From: Octopus vulgaris | Taxonomy: Eukaryota | NCBI GenBank assembly: GCA_951406725.2 | Contig: OX597817.1 | Coordinates: forward strand, 53,506,001-53,570,000 | DNA: 64,000 bases | Reading direction: 5' to 3' | Shown: positions 25,249 to 37,595 of the stretch, in pieces | How positions within the stretch are numbered: position 1 is the first letter of the stretch | Layout of the letters: each line of letters starts with the position of its first letter | The notes under the pieces: generated by a model | Database searches by the model: none | What the model saw: the letters and a program-made list of their open reading frames with translations, nothing else | What the model was told of the DNA's origin: nothing | Translations under genes and position numbers: made by a program

Positions 25249-28210
25249 CTTGCCTCTTACATGCAAAAAAATGGGTAGGTGGAACAGGATGGATCCAGAG
25301 TGCCTTTTAATAATCTATCACCTTACTCTCTCCATCTCTACAACAAAATTGGTTAACCTCAGCTACAGGCTGCTGGTTTATCTTTGGTGGTGGTCCTAGA
25401 TAAATTATTTTATATCCTGCATTTTGTGAACAATAGTGGTGTTGGTGTTAGGTTTCCAATGCTGACAAGAATAATGAAGTGTTTTGTGCAGCGACTACCT
25501 TGTCCCTTCTCCATGTTTGTTTGGTGGAAAAGGTTATCGTCAGGCGCTAGATGCTGGTCAGCTCAACCCCGTTCCATTCACTAACACCATCATTGTCATC
25601 ATTTTGAGCATCATCATCATCACAATCATTGCTATCATCACTTTCTTCATCATCATCACCACCACCACCACTACCATTTTCTCCTTCACTGCCAGCATCA
25701 CTTCTAGTCTCTTCATCACCATTTCCATAATTCCTTCCTTATTCTCTCTGTCTTAGACTAAATGGATTCCTGTTTTAGATGACCAACTATTTTAAGTTTT
25801 ATTCATCCAGTATTTTCTTTTTCCTTTCTTTCTTCCTTTCCTTTGTTTTCCTCTTCCCCCTCCTATTACTAGTACTGTTATTATTATTATTATTATTATC
25901 CATTTACCCATAAATATGATTGTTCTAGAACCGACCCGTTATCTTTACATCACATTGTCTGAACATGTTTTTCTTTTTAATAATCATTCTTTTGTTGTTT
26001 GTGCATTTTTATAATTAGAATTGATGTGAATTAATGGAGATATTTTGGTCTGATGCTTTAATCCTGGATAATGGATCTCTCTATATACATGCTATTTAAG
26101 TCTTATTGGATGTCTCTGGCCATTTCAATTTATTTACTGACAGTATTATATTTTATTGTGTGTGTGTGTTAAAAAGAGAGAATATATAACTCATTGGTTC
26201 TCAAAACTATTTTTTGCCTACAGACCCATTTGATTCCAATTTAACTCGAGGGGGTGGGGATCCCTGATAGCCATTTGATGTCTAAAAGTTCCTATTATAT
26301 TTTTATGATTAAATATTACTTGGAATTGCATAAAAAAATTGCTTAAATATTTTGTTTATTCTGGAAATGCAGCCAGTTAATTGCAGATAAATTTTAACAG
26401 CAAAATCTTATATGGATCCCCAAAGGGCCATATGGATCCCCAAAAGGGCCATGTGGATCCCTAAAGGGCCATATGGACCTTGGTTGAAAACCGCTCTTAT
26501 AAATAAGTCTCTTAAAGAATTTGCTGTTTTTAATTATTGTCATCATCATCATCATCAAACATCCATTGTCCATGCTGGCATGGGTTGGACGGTTTGACCA
26601 GGGCTGGTAATCGGAGGGAGCTGCACCAGACTTCAGTCTGATTTGGCATGGCTTTCTATGGCTGGATGCCCTTCCTAATGCCAACCACTCTGAGAGTGTA
26701 ATCAGTGCTTTTATGTGCCACCAGCATGGTTGCTATTTGTGTGACAACAGTATCTGCCATGACTGATTTTGTTCGGCTTGATGGATCTTCTTCTCAAGCA
26801 CGACATAATGCTTGGTCTTGGTCATTACCTCCACGAGGCCCAACACTCGAAAGGAACTCAACCGCTTTTCCTCAATGAGGCCCAATGCTCAAAAAGAGCA
26901 GATATTGACGATAATGTTTCTTAGGTAAAAGGCCTGAAAGTTTCAGAGAAGAGATCAGTTAATTATATTGATCCCAGTAAAATGAGCGTAAAGCCTCCTT
27001 TCGGTCATGAATGACCATGGGATTGCACCTCGAAAGTTCCCCTCTGAGGTACAAGTTTGGACAAGGTTGTTCATAGAAGACCAACAGTCACTCATGCTTA
27101 CCAGCCTCCCTTCTCGACGTCACCAATGTTAACCAAGGGAAAGGCAAAGGGGCAAATACAGCATGGCACCACTGACACCGCAACTTGTTTCTACAGCTGA
27201 GTAAACTGGAGCAACGTGAAATAAAGTGTCTTGCTCAAGAACACAACACAAAGCCTGGTCCAGGGATTGAACTCACTACCTCGTGATTGTGAGCCGAATG
27301 CTCTCAACACTGAGCCTGGTATTTCATTTGAACCAGGAGCAGGAAAGGTAAGGTTAACGATAGCAGGATTTGAATCTAGAATGTGTTGAACCGAAATAAA
27401 TACAATGACCGTTTTGTCCCACAGGGTAATAATTTTGCCAGTCACATCTATGCTAATCTCCAGCTGTCTGGTTTGGCATCACTTCTGATGCTGGATGCCC
27501 TTCCTAATGCCAACCATTAAGACAAACAAACGATAACACAAAACCCCCACTCTGAAGAATATTGTATAGGTATTATTGACAGCAAACATTTATATGAAAG
27601 ATTGAAAATATGGGGAAAGATAGAAATGCCAGATGGCTGGCATCAGAAAATGAAATTAGTAGTGTCAAAAAATCAGGTTGAGGAACTTGAAAAGGAACTT
27701 GAGGATGAATATATGTTCTTAAAAGGAATATTGGCACCGGAAAGGAGGGAGGAACTGGAAGAAATATACGAGGTTGAATTTGTAGACTTTATGGCAAAAT
27801 AGGAAAAAAGGACAAGTAAGTGATGCTGACTGATGGGGCAGTTAACATCACTTTCATCTCTCATTTTTTACCCTTTTTCTCATCTTATCATACGACAATT
27901 TTTTTTTGATGTTTTGTGTCCCCAATGTGTTGTAGTGTCCCCTCTATGTAAGACCTTTATGGTTAATAAAAAATCAACAGTGTGTACTGGGTACTTTCTA
28001 TGTGGCACCAGCTCAGATGCTTTTAACATGGTACCAGTATGAGTGCTTTTTTATGTGGTGTCAGGACAAGTGCCTTCATTACGGCACTGGCACAGGTGCT
28101 CCTAGCGTGGCACCAGTACAGGTTCTTTGTACTTGGCATCAGTCTACCATTGTATTGTTATCAGTGCCGTTATTATAACAACTACTTAAATAATCTTTTT
28201 TGTGTTACAG

Positions 28211-28335
28211 GTTTGTACAAAGGGAAAAGCCCATGTCATGAAGTTCTTACAGAAGGTAGCTGACCGGAACAAAGCACTTCTCAATGACAACGAAATGAAG
28301 TGGAACTGTAGGAAATCCTTCCCTCAGCCTGCTGC
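28211..28335 (+). CDS. LRCH: Internal coding exon (LRR C-cap) of LRCH-family protein
   Basis: ttacag| acceptor, |gtaagt donor, 125 nt, phase 0 to 2. Encodes VCTKGKAHVMKFLQKVADRNKALLNDNEMKWNCRKSFPQPA(A). VCTKGKxHxxKFL matches the ICTKGKVHIFKYL-type motif that follows the LRRs in LRCH proteins. Joins the previous exon in frame. Absent from the ORF track because it lacks a start codon. Confidence 0.92.
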
Positions 28336-28378
28336 GTAAGTATCTTTTGTGAAGCATCTCCCGTAATGCCCTTCCATA

Positions 28379-28612
28379 CCTATTTCTTTACTACCTACAA
28401 GGGGATAAACACAGAGACGACAAACAAGGACAGACAAACGGATTAAGTCGATTACATCAACTCCAGTGCGTAACTGGTACTTATTTAATTGACCCCGAAA
28501 GGATGAAAGGCAAAGTCAACCTCGGTGGAATTTGAACTCAGTACGTAGTGGCAGACGAAATACTGCTAAGCATTTTGCCCGGTGTGCTAACATTTCTGCC
28601 AGCTTGCCGCCT
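28379..28612 (-). mobile_element. SINE family B
   Basis: Reverse complement of 60823-61044. Confidence 0.8.
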
Positions 28613-30410
28613 TTCAAAATGTTCCTTCTCGAGCCATGCCAGGTTCATAAGGCTCAGTTCCCGGTTTCAGTGGCGTAGAAATTCACCACCTGGATGGGAT
28701 GCCGGTCCATCGCAGAATTACTCATTTTTGCCAGCTGAGTGGACTGGAGCAACCATACCATCACACTACCACTACTGCTGTTACTGATAGCTGATTGGTT
28801 TAAACCTCATTCATTATCTCTGTAGGTTTATGTTACTGCTATGCTTCCATACACTTAAACTTCTCACTCACATTTCAGCACATTTTGTTGTTGTTGTTGT
28901 TTACATTAGATAGTGTATTCCTAGATACACTATGAATAAAAGACTGGATGGTTCTGACTGTAACATTATATAAATCTCTGGCATTCCAGCAGACTTATAT
29001 AATGTTACAACCAGAAGCATCTTGTTTCTTTTTTTTTTTATTTTAATTTGATAGTGTATCTTAAGGCTACACATTATTCAATGTGTCCTTCATTTTTAAA
29101 GACTGTTGTGTGCATGAATTTAGGGATAGTTAGGTATTTCTAGCGATTCAAGAGAACACACAAAAGCTTTTGTTTTGGTTTGAGGTTTGGTTTTTTCACC
29201 CTCAAAATCCCTTCCTATTGTTTCCCTCCTCCTCTACTACTACTACTTTTACTACAACTATTGCTACCAACACTACTACCACTAACACTACTACTACTAC
29301 CACCACCACCACCACTACTACTACTAGTAGTAGTAGTAGTAGTTGGTAAACATCAGCTGCTACCACCAGCACAATTACCACTTGTAATGCTATTACTACA
29401 GCTTCTATTACCACTCCCACTTGTAATTCTTTTACTATTGCTATGAGACTACTACTACTACAACCACCACCACCGCTGCCAACTAGCTCCACCACCATTG
29501 GCATTAGTATTTATTTTTCCACTGCTTCTTCAACTAAAATCTTCATTACGTCACATTTCTGATTTTCAGATGTTCGAATTAGTTGGGTGTACCCTAGTTA
29601 GTGGTCATTAAATTAGACACAATGGTCATCAGTTAAATGTACAAACGTGACCATCCCACAAACTCTCTTGCTCTTATATAACCCGTACAAAATACAAATG
29701 TACTCTAATATAATCCTTACAATATACAATTGTATTCTTGTATCTTCTTTGGTTGTCCGTTGTAGGTCAACAGTCATCACCACCATCATCATCATCGTTT
29801 AATGTCTGCCATCCATGCTAGCATTGTATGGGATGGTTTCACAAGAGCTGGCCTGGTAAAAGCTTGCATCAGACTTCTGTGACTGTTTTGGCAGGATTTT
29901 TACAGCTGGATGCTCTTTCTTACATCAACCACTCAGTTCCTTCTCAAGCCACGCCTGGCTCATAAGGGCCGGTTTCCTGGTTTCCTTGGCATATAAGTTC
30001 CCCACCTGGACAGGACGCCAGTCCGTCGCAGGTGAGCTGCAAGATGCAGGAGGAGAGAGTGAGAGGAAGTTGTGGCAAAAGAGTCAGCAGAAGTTCGCCA
30101 TTACCTTCTGCCTGAGCCGCGTGGAGCTTAGGTATGTCACTCATAAACACACACATTGCCTAGTCTGAGATTCGAACCCACGAACCCGTTGCTCTAACCA
30201 CTAGGCCATGTGCCTTCACAACCACTCAACAGAGTGGACTTAGGTTCTTTTTTACATGGCACAAGCACAGGCGAGGTCAGTTTTTGGCAAGGATTTTACA
30301 GCTGGATGCCCTTTTGAACACCAAACACTTTACAGTGTGGACCAAGTGCTTTTATGTGGCACCTGCACTGACAGGGTCACCAAGTACTTGCAAGACAAAA
30401 AAATAACCTA

Positions 30411-30676
30411 GCGCCGCCATGACTGGCTTCTGTACCAGTGGCATGTAAAAAGCACCAGCTGATCATGGCCGTTGCTAGCCTTCCCTGGCACCTGCGCCGG
30501 TGGCAGGTAAAAAGCACCCACTACACTCATGGAGTGGTTGGCATTAGGAAGGGCATCCAGCTGTATAAACACTGCCTGATCAGACTGGAGCCTGGTGCAG
30601 CCTCCTGGCTGCCCAGGCCCCGGTCGAACCATCCAACACATGCTAGCACGGAAAACGGACGTTAAACGGTGGTGAT
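30411..30676 (+). mobile_element. SINE family C
   Basis: Matches 7777-8048. Confidence 0.8.
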
Positions 30677-31528
30677 GGGTGATGAAAAGTTATAGTGAGA
30701 CAGATACAGGTGTCTTGCAGTAGAGGAAGTAGAAGGTTACCCGACTGGAGAGGGAGAGAGAGCAGGAATGAAGACTGAAGCAGAGAAATCATCTCTATCA
30801 AGCTCTCATGTGGGCCACAAGGCCTGCCCTTGATCTGCAGCAGTGATGACATCTGCTGCAGGTGAAGCTACCTAATGCAACAGAGCAGTAACGCTTCTCA
30901 TGTGCTCTTTCATATTCCCTCTCTAGTTTCTAGCCTGTGGTATTTATATATATATATATATATACAATTAAATTATACCTCCGTATAATTTAATTGTACT
31001 GGACTTAGTGTGATTGTACCCTCACTTCTAATCCTTTTAATGTAGTTATGTCCCTCTTAATGTGATTGTATCTCTAACTTAATTCTACTCCCTTTTTTTT
31101 TTATTGCACCCTTAAACTCTACATTATTGTCCCTTTTGTTGTACCCCTCTGAGTATGATGGTACCTTAGCAGTTCGGCAAAAGAGGCTGATAGAATAAGT
31201 ACTAGGCTTTAAGAAAAAAGTCCTGGGCTCGATTTCTTTGACCAAAAATCATCAAGGCGGCACCCTGGCATGGCTGCAGTCGAATGACTGAATCGTGTAA
31301 AAGAGAATAAAAGAAAATACCCTTGGTTATACTTCCGTTATTGGGATTTTTACCCTTACTTGTACCCATAACTTAATTGCACTTCACTTAATGAGAATAT
31401 ATCCTTAGTTCTACATTGTATTCTCCTTATCGTTATTGTTTCCTTTATTTAATTGTACTCCTCGTTAATGTGTTGATTGAACTCTGAATTGTAATTCTAC
31501 CAATTTCTTTTTTCAACTGTAAATAATT

Positions 31529-31890
31529 CATCATCATCATCGTCGTTAAACATCCATTTTCTATGCTGGCATGGGTTGGATGGTTCGACCGGGGTCTGGG
31601 AAGCCAGGCTCCCAGGCTCCAATCTGATCTGACGGTGTTTCTACAGCTGGATGCCTTACTTAATGCCAACTATTCCGTGAGTGTAGTGTGTGCTTTTTAC
31701 GTGTCACTGGAACAGGGGCCAGAGGAGGCTGGCAGCGGCCACGATCAGTTGGTGCTTTTTCTGTGTCACCAACACGGATGCCAGTCAGGTGGCGCTGGCA
31801 TCGGTCACATTCGGACGGTGCTTTTTATGTGCCACTGGTGCGAGTATTATAACTACAATTTCCATTTGATTTTTATTTTGATGTTGATGT
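31529..31890 (-). mobile_element. SINE family C
   Basis: Reverse complement of 30411-30676. Confidence 0.8.
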
Positions 31891-31965
31891 ATTTAGAAAA
31901 AAAAAATTAAAAAAAATTAAATGAATACTAATTTCTCTCGATATGTTGTTTGTTTGTATTTGCAG

Positions 31966-32080
31966 ACCCACAGAAGAATTTACTAATTTGTCACCAGAAC
32001 AGCGCTGGAAACGACACATGCTCAGTAGTGATTCTGGCTATATCGATGGTAGCGACAAGAGTAACTGGTCCTTACTTGAG
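31966..32080 (+). CDS. LRCH: Internal coding exon of LRCH-family protein (SDSGY motif)
   Basis: tttgcag| acceptor, GAG|gtaaat donor, 115 nt, phase 2 to 0; GC+A completes Ala. Encodes PTEEFTNLSPEQRWKRHMLSSDSGYIDGSDKSNWSLLE. A DSG..S...W segment is expected at this position in LRCH. Confidence 0.88.
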
Positions 32081-32406
32081 GTAAATAAGCTGTCCCCTCC
32101 AGCATGGCCTGAATGTGTGTCTGCTACCCCGTTGGCTCCTTGTTACGAATACATTATGAGGAAACTTGGCAACAACACCAACAACCATCACCACCACCTT
32201 CAACAATCAACTCGACTCTATGACAATAGAATAGAGGTAGTCTTCATTTTGTCTCTCCTGTAGCTACGACCAAAACACGGCTTATATAGATCAGCTTAGG
32301 TGCACCTTCTTTATTTAACACAATTCCCCCCCCCTTTTTTTTTTGTTATTTTGGAGGTCGCTAACTGCTGACTCTAATTAAGGGAAACCCTTGCAAATTC
32401 CTTTAA

Positions 32407-32582
32407 CCCTTTAGCATTTGAATTAATCACACATTATCTTGTAGCTTCAAGATATCAATGGTGTGTTTCTCTATTTTTAGAGTGACATTGTAGGATAGGT
32501 GAGAGAGTCTGGATCTGGCCAGTTTCAACATAAAACAAGTAGAATATTTAGGCCAGATGTGGTTGGATTAAATGCTAAAGGG
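32407..32582. mobile_element. piggyBac-type MITE of a second family
   Basis: TTAA|CCCTTTAGCATTT ... AAATGCTAAAGGG|TTAA, 13-bp perfect TIR. Confidence 0.8.
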
Positions 32583-33078
32583 TTAAGCTTATATATAGTT
32601 AATTAAAAAATAATTTTGTTAAAGTCTAAACTATTTTATTTTATATTTTTTTTTTGTTATCCAGCTTTCTACTAATTTTTTGCTTTCAGTATTTGTTTAA
32701 ATTATAATTTTTTGTAGTGCTTATAAAATTTCAAATTCCTCGAAGTGGTAGAAATGGTAGATCGCTGCTGGGCTTCAGGCATTTAAATTCTGCTCAACTA
32801 ATAGTCTTAGTTGAAATGACAAACCAGAATTAGTTCTGGTTTACGTTCTCTCCAGGTTCAATGACATATATACCAGTCATATACTAGGCATCAACTTTAT
32901 TGACTGGACTCCTTTCTGGTTCCTTATGCTTTGAGTTCAAATCCTGCCATGTTTAGACTTTTCTTCTTTTCGGAATCAATAAAACACCAGTGAATTGCAG
33001 GGGTATGTGGTATTGAGTAACACCTTCCCCTAAATCTCAGGCCTTGTGCCTATACAAGAATCAGTTATTAGTCCTGGG

Positions 33079-33298
33079 AAGGCAGCAAACTGGCAGGATC
33101 ATTAGCATGCTGGATGAAATGCTTAGCGGTATTGCGCCCGTCGCTGCATTCTGAGTTCAAACTTCGCCGAGGTTGACTTTGCCTTTCATCCTTTCGGGGT
33201 CAATAAATTAAGTACCAGTGAAACACTGGGGTTGATATAATTGACTAGTCCCCTTCCCCAAAATTTCAGGCCCTGTGCCTTTAGTAGAAAGGATTATT
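33079..33298 (+). mobile_element. SINE family B
   Basis: Matches 60823-61044. Confidence 0.75.
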
Positions 33299-33344
33299 AG
33301 CCTTGGGCCTATTTAAGAAAATGTTGTTGCTATTGATGCCTTAC

Positions 33345-33540
33345 TCTTTTACTCTCTTTTACTTCTTTCAGTCATTTGACTGTGGCCATGCTGGAGCACC
33401 ACCTTTAGTTGAGCAAATCGACCCCAGGACTTATTCTTTATAAGCCTAGTATTGGTCTTTTTTGCTGAACCGCTAAGTTACGAGGACGTAAACACACCAG
33501 CATCGGTTGTCAAGCGATGTTGGGGGGGTCAACCACAAAC

Positions 33541-33575
<35 letters not shown>

Positions 33576-33747
33576 CATATATACGATGAGCTTCTTTCAG
33601 TTTCCGTCTACCGAATCCACTCACAAGGCTTTGGTCGGCCCGAGGCTATAGTAGAAGACACTTGCCCAAGGTGCCATGCAGTGAGACTGAACCCAGAACC
33701 ATATGGTTCGTAAGCAAGGTACTTACCACATAGCCACACCTATGCCT
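33345..33747 (-). mobile_element. SINE family A, full length
   Basis: Reverse complement of the family consensus. Confidence 0.85.
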
Positions 33748-34775
33748 ATATATAGATACAAGGTTAGAAATATGTTCAAGTCTAGAGTAAACTGCTGAAT
33801 GGATTCTCAGTTGCTGTCTAGTTTCATTTACTACTCCTATGGAAGATTTCAAGGAGGAAACGTTTATGAGGTTGTTTGAACATGATCTGCTTGAGGTAGC
33901 AGTCAAATCTACCTCAAATCACACTCTCACTCTATTGTCTTGAAAAAACTGTAAGGACACGAGATAATGTAGCCCTAGGTTTTGATATTGGTAGTGGGGG
34001 AAATGGTTTTGGCTGGAATAGGGCCAACCTAGGACCAAACAACAATACCAGAGGCCTCCTCAAGTTAACAAACTTTATTTTTTTTTTAACCTGCTAGAAA
34101 TAGCAGTCAAATATCTCTCTAATCACAGCTTTCATTTTAAGAAAGAAAAGATAGATCAGATAATGTTGTTCTAAGTATGAAAGGCAAAATGTTGCAGCTG
34201 AGATATCTTTGGTAACAGCCTGTTGCATCTGGCTGCCTGGGTTTAAACAAGAATGCTAGATTTCCATCTTGTCCCCTACAAAATTGGGACGAAACGAAGC
34301 AGTTAGTTCATCATTCTACCATTTCTGCCACTTTCTGGTTCTAGTCATTAGTTTTACTATTCTCTGTAGAACACCTAAAGACTAGCAGCTCTAAGACATT
34401 TCTACCTGGCTTATGCTTAGCTTACGTTTCCTTCTTTCCTTCCTTAACAAATTGATCTTTGAATCAAGCAGGGAGCCAAGTTTCCTTCACTTTTCTTTAC
34501 TCTTTCTTCCTCACTGTTTGGAGTGTGTCACCTTTCCCTCCTCTCAAACTATTCTAACTTCTGTTTTTATGTTTTGTGTCTCCTTCCTATGATATTCAAG
34601 AGGTACACCATGTGTGGTTCATGGTCTCTGGTCTGGTACATACCCTTCCTGTTTTATTCTTTTATTTCAGATGTTCTGCTACCAATTTATTTATCTTAAA
34701 TATTTTTGTGTTATTGTCAGTGAGTATTTGTTAAAAAAAAAAGAAATATAAAAGAAAAATCCAGATTTAATCTCA

Positions 34776-35413
34776 CTGTCAACAAACCAATGATATCATT
34801 TCTGTCAACAAACCAAAGATATCATTTCTGTCTGTTTACAAACCAATGATATCGTTTCTGTCAGTCAACAAACCAATGATATTGTTTCTGTCAGTCAACA
34901 AACCAATGATATCATTTCTGTCAACAAGCCAAAGATATCATTTCTGTCTGTTTACAAACCAATGATATCGTTTTTGTGTGTCAACAAACCAATGATATTG
35001 TTTCCATCTGTCAATAAACAAATAGTATCATTTCTGTCTGTCAACAAACCAATGATATCATTTCTGACTGTCAACAAACCAAAGATATCATTTCTGTCTG
35101 TCAACAAACCAATGATATTGTTTCTGTCTGTCAACAAACAAATGATATCATTTCTGTCAGTCAACAAACCAATGATATCGTTTCTGTCAGTCAACAAACC
35201 AATGATATCGTTTTCGTCTGTCAACAAACCAATGATATTTTTTTCTGTCTGTCAATAAACAAATGATATCATTTCTCTGTCAACAAACCCATGGTTTCAG
35301 TTCCCTCTGTCAACAAAACCAATGATATTTTTTCCTGTCAACACACCAGTGATATCATTTCTGTCTGTCAACAAAGCAGCGATATCATTCTGTCAACAAG
35401 CCAGTGATATCAT
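34776..35413. repeat. Minisatellite, unit about 30 bp (ctgtcaacaaaccaatgatatcatttctgt), about 21 copies
   Basis: Direct tandem repetition with 26-30 bp variants, decaying towards the right end. Confidence 0.95.
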
Positions 35414-35503
35414 CTCCCCATGTTTGTTTTCTGTTGTATTTATCACTATTACACTGGGGCATGCCTCTCTCGCTTTCTCTCTGTCTATCTATCTACCTAT
35501 CTA

Positions 35504-35534
<31 letters not shown>

Positions 35535-37342
35535 GTATGTATGTATATAAACTAGTTTTTACTTATTAGTACACAACATGAATGCATGTTTGTCTGTGTG
35601 TCCACACCGGTATCTTTCATTTCCACATCTGTTATGCGTGTGTGTACCTGTCCACCATATTTAATTCATTGAAAGAGTTTCTTCCGTTTGTTTTTTATTT
35701 AATATTTATTGTCCAGTTTAACTCCTTTTTGAGTTTACATCCATAATTACTCATCCTCGATCTACTATAGTCCATATCCATCTCCGTCCATTTGTATCGT
35801 CCACTCCACATATAATTACATTCAACGACCGTCCGCCCTCGTTAGTCATTCAGTGAGTACCTCCGACCCCTGACTTTTGTAAGCAAGAATACCCTCTCCC
35901 CACTGCACACACACATGCAGTCGCTACAGTTCTGAAAGACTAATGGTAAAGCACAGATAGTCTAGGTGTGTAGTGGGTATGTGGGATATTTGGTAGAAAA
36001 CTAGAAACTGGTGATGGATGAACACCACCACCACATACCACCTGGGTCATTTGCACTCATAATATATGCATAGACAAAATCCTGCTTTCCACATGTACAT
36101 GCACACACACACACTTCTCCTCAATTGCACAGTCATATACCAAAAACATTGACTACGCAGTGCGCATATATGTGTGTTTATATATACACACACACTAACA
36201 GCATCTATGTACACATGGTTACATCCAGTCACTAAATACACAAGCGGTTATTCATGGTCAGTCATGTTTACACACACACACACACACTCTCCCTCTCTCC
36301 GACTAACATACACAGACTGTATGTGTTCATTATTGACACATGCGTCTCACTCCATACCCACATTTTATTCGTTTATTTGTTTCAGTCATTTGACTGTTGC
36401 CATGCTGGAGCACTGAAATATAAATGTTACAAAATAGCCCGGCACACACACACACACACTTATACATGCTTACCCCATAAAGACAATACACACACACACA
36501 CAGCTGTGTGTGCACTCACACACACACACACACACACACACATGTACACACACTGTAAAAGTGTATTGCAAACCCACACTGTAAACACACAAGGGTGTGT
36601 GCACTTTATATACTTTCTCTCTAATGAACTAATGACACCTACTTTTATTTATGTGCCCTGTCGCTACTCATGTACAGTGACACATCTACACACTCTATAA
36701 ACACACCCATACATCCATTCAGGTGCTGTAACACCACATATTATATATACACTCACTAAACAAACATACATACTACGTATAACTTGCCCCCCACATACAC
36801 ACCTCTCATTCCCCCCTGTTCTTGCGTGAACGCATAAACTTCTCTAATTGTTCATTTTAGATTACTTTATAAACACAGCAGTCTGTTAAGATTGTTTAAT
36901 TACCTTTCGTCTTCTTTATATAATTTAGGAAGATAATTAATTCTGCTCCTCACCGTCCTCCACACAGCCCCATTTTAAAAGACTGTTGTTAGTCATATCG
37001 TATCTGTGTGTTAATGTTTTGGAACCTCATAGTAAAACGTCGAGTTTCTATTGGTTGCTTAGATTTTTCTGTGTTGTACAACCAGTTCTCACTGCTGGCT
37101 TGTAGGGCCAGCTGATATTTAGACAATCTGAGCTTTCAATACTGGCTGTATTACAAGGCAAGGTGACTGACTGTATCAGCCCTTACTGTTAGTTATGTTG
37201 TAGGGTAGTGGTTCTCAACCAGGGTCCCGTATAAGATTTTTGTTGTTAAAATTTATGTGCAATAAATTACTTGTACTTCTTCAATATACCAAATGTCTTA
37301 ATTATTCTCATAAAATTCCTCATAATATTTATTTCTAAAAGT

Positions 37343-37595
37343 CATCATCATCATCATTTAACATCCGTTTCCCATGCTGGCATGGGTTGGATGGTTTGAC
37401 TGAGGTCTGGAGAGCCAGCGGCTGCTCCAGGTTCCAGTCTGATCTGACAATGTTTCTACAGCTGGATGCCCTTACTAATGCCAGCCACTCTGTGAGTGTA
37501 GTGGGTACTTTTTACGTACCACCAGCGCAGGAGCCAGTCAGGTGGCTCTGGCATCGATCATGTTTGGATAATGCTTTTTACGTGCCATCAGCACA
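37343..37595 (-). mobile_element. SINE family C inserted in an hAT-type MITE
   Basis: Splits the 37207-37710 MITE. Confidence 0.75.

Noticed and set aside
24407-25399. Two ~164-aa ORFs with internal repeats
   Set aside because: They lie almost entirely within clustered SINE copies, and the same peptides recur wherever the SINE occurs.
34952-35258. LRR-looking 10-aa repeat ORF, or a CRISPR-like array
   Set aside because: It is a 30-bp minisatellite with no unique spacers, no splice sites in frame, and broken periodicity at both ends.
36968-36987. cacacag acceptor with UGC and a gttagt donor 20 nt later
   Set aside because: Not frame-preserving, and combining it with the 7-nt candidate creates a TAA stop.
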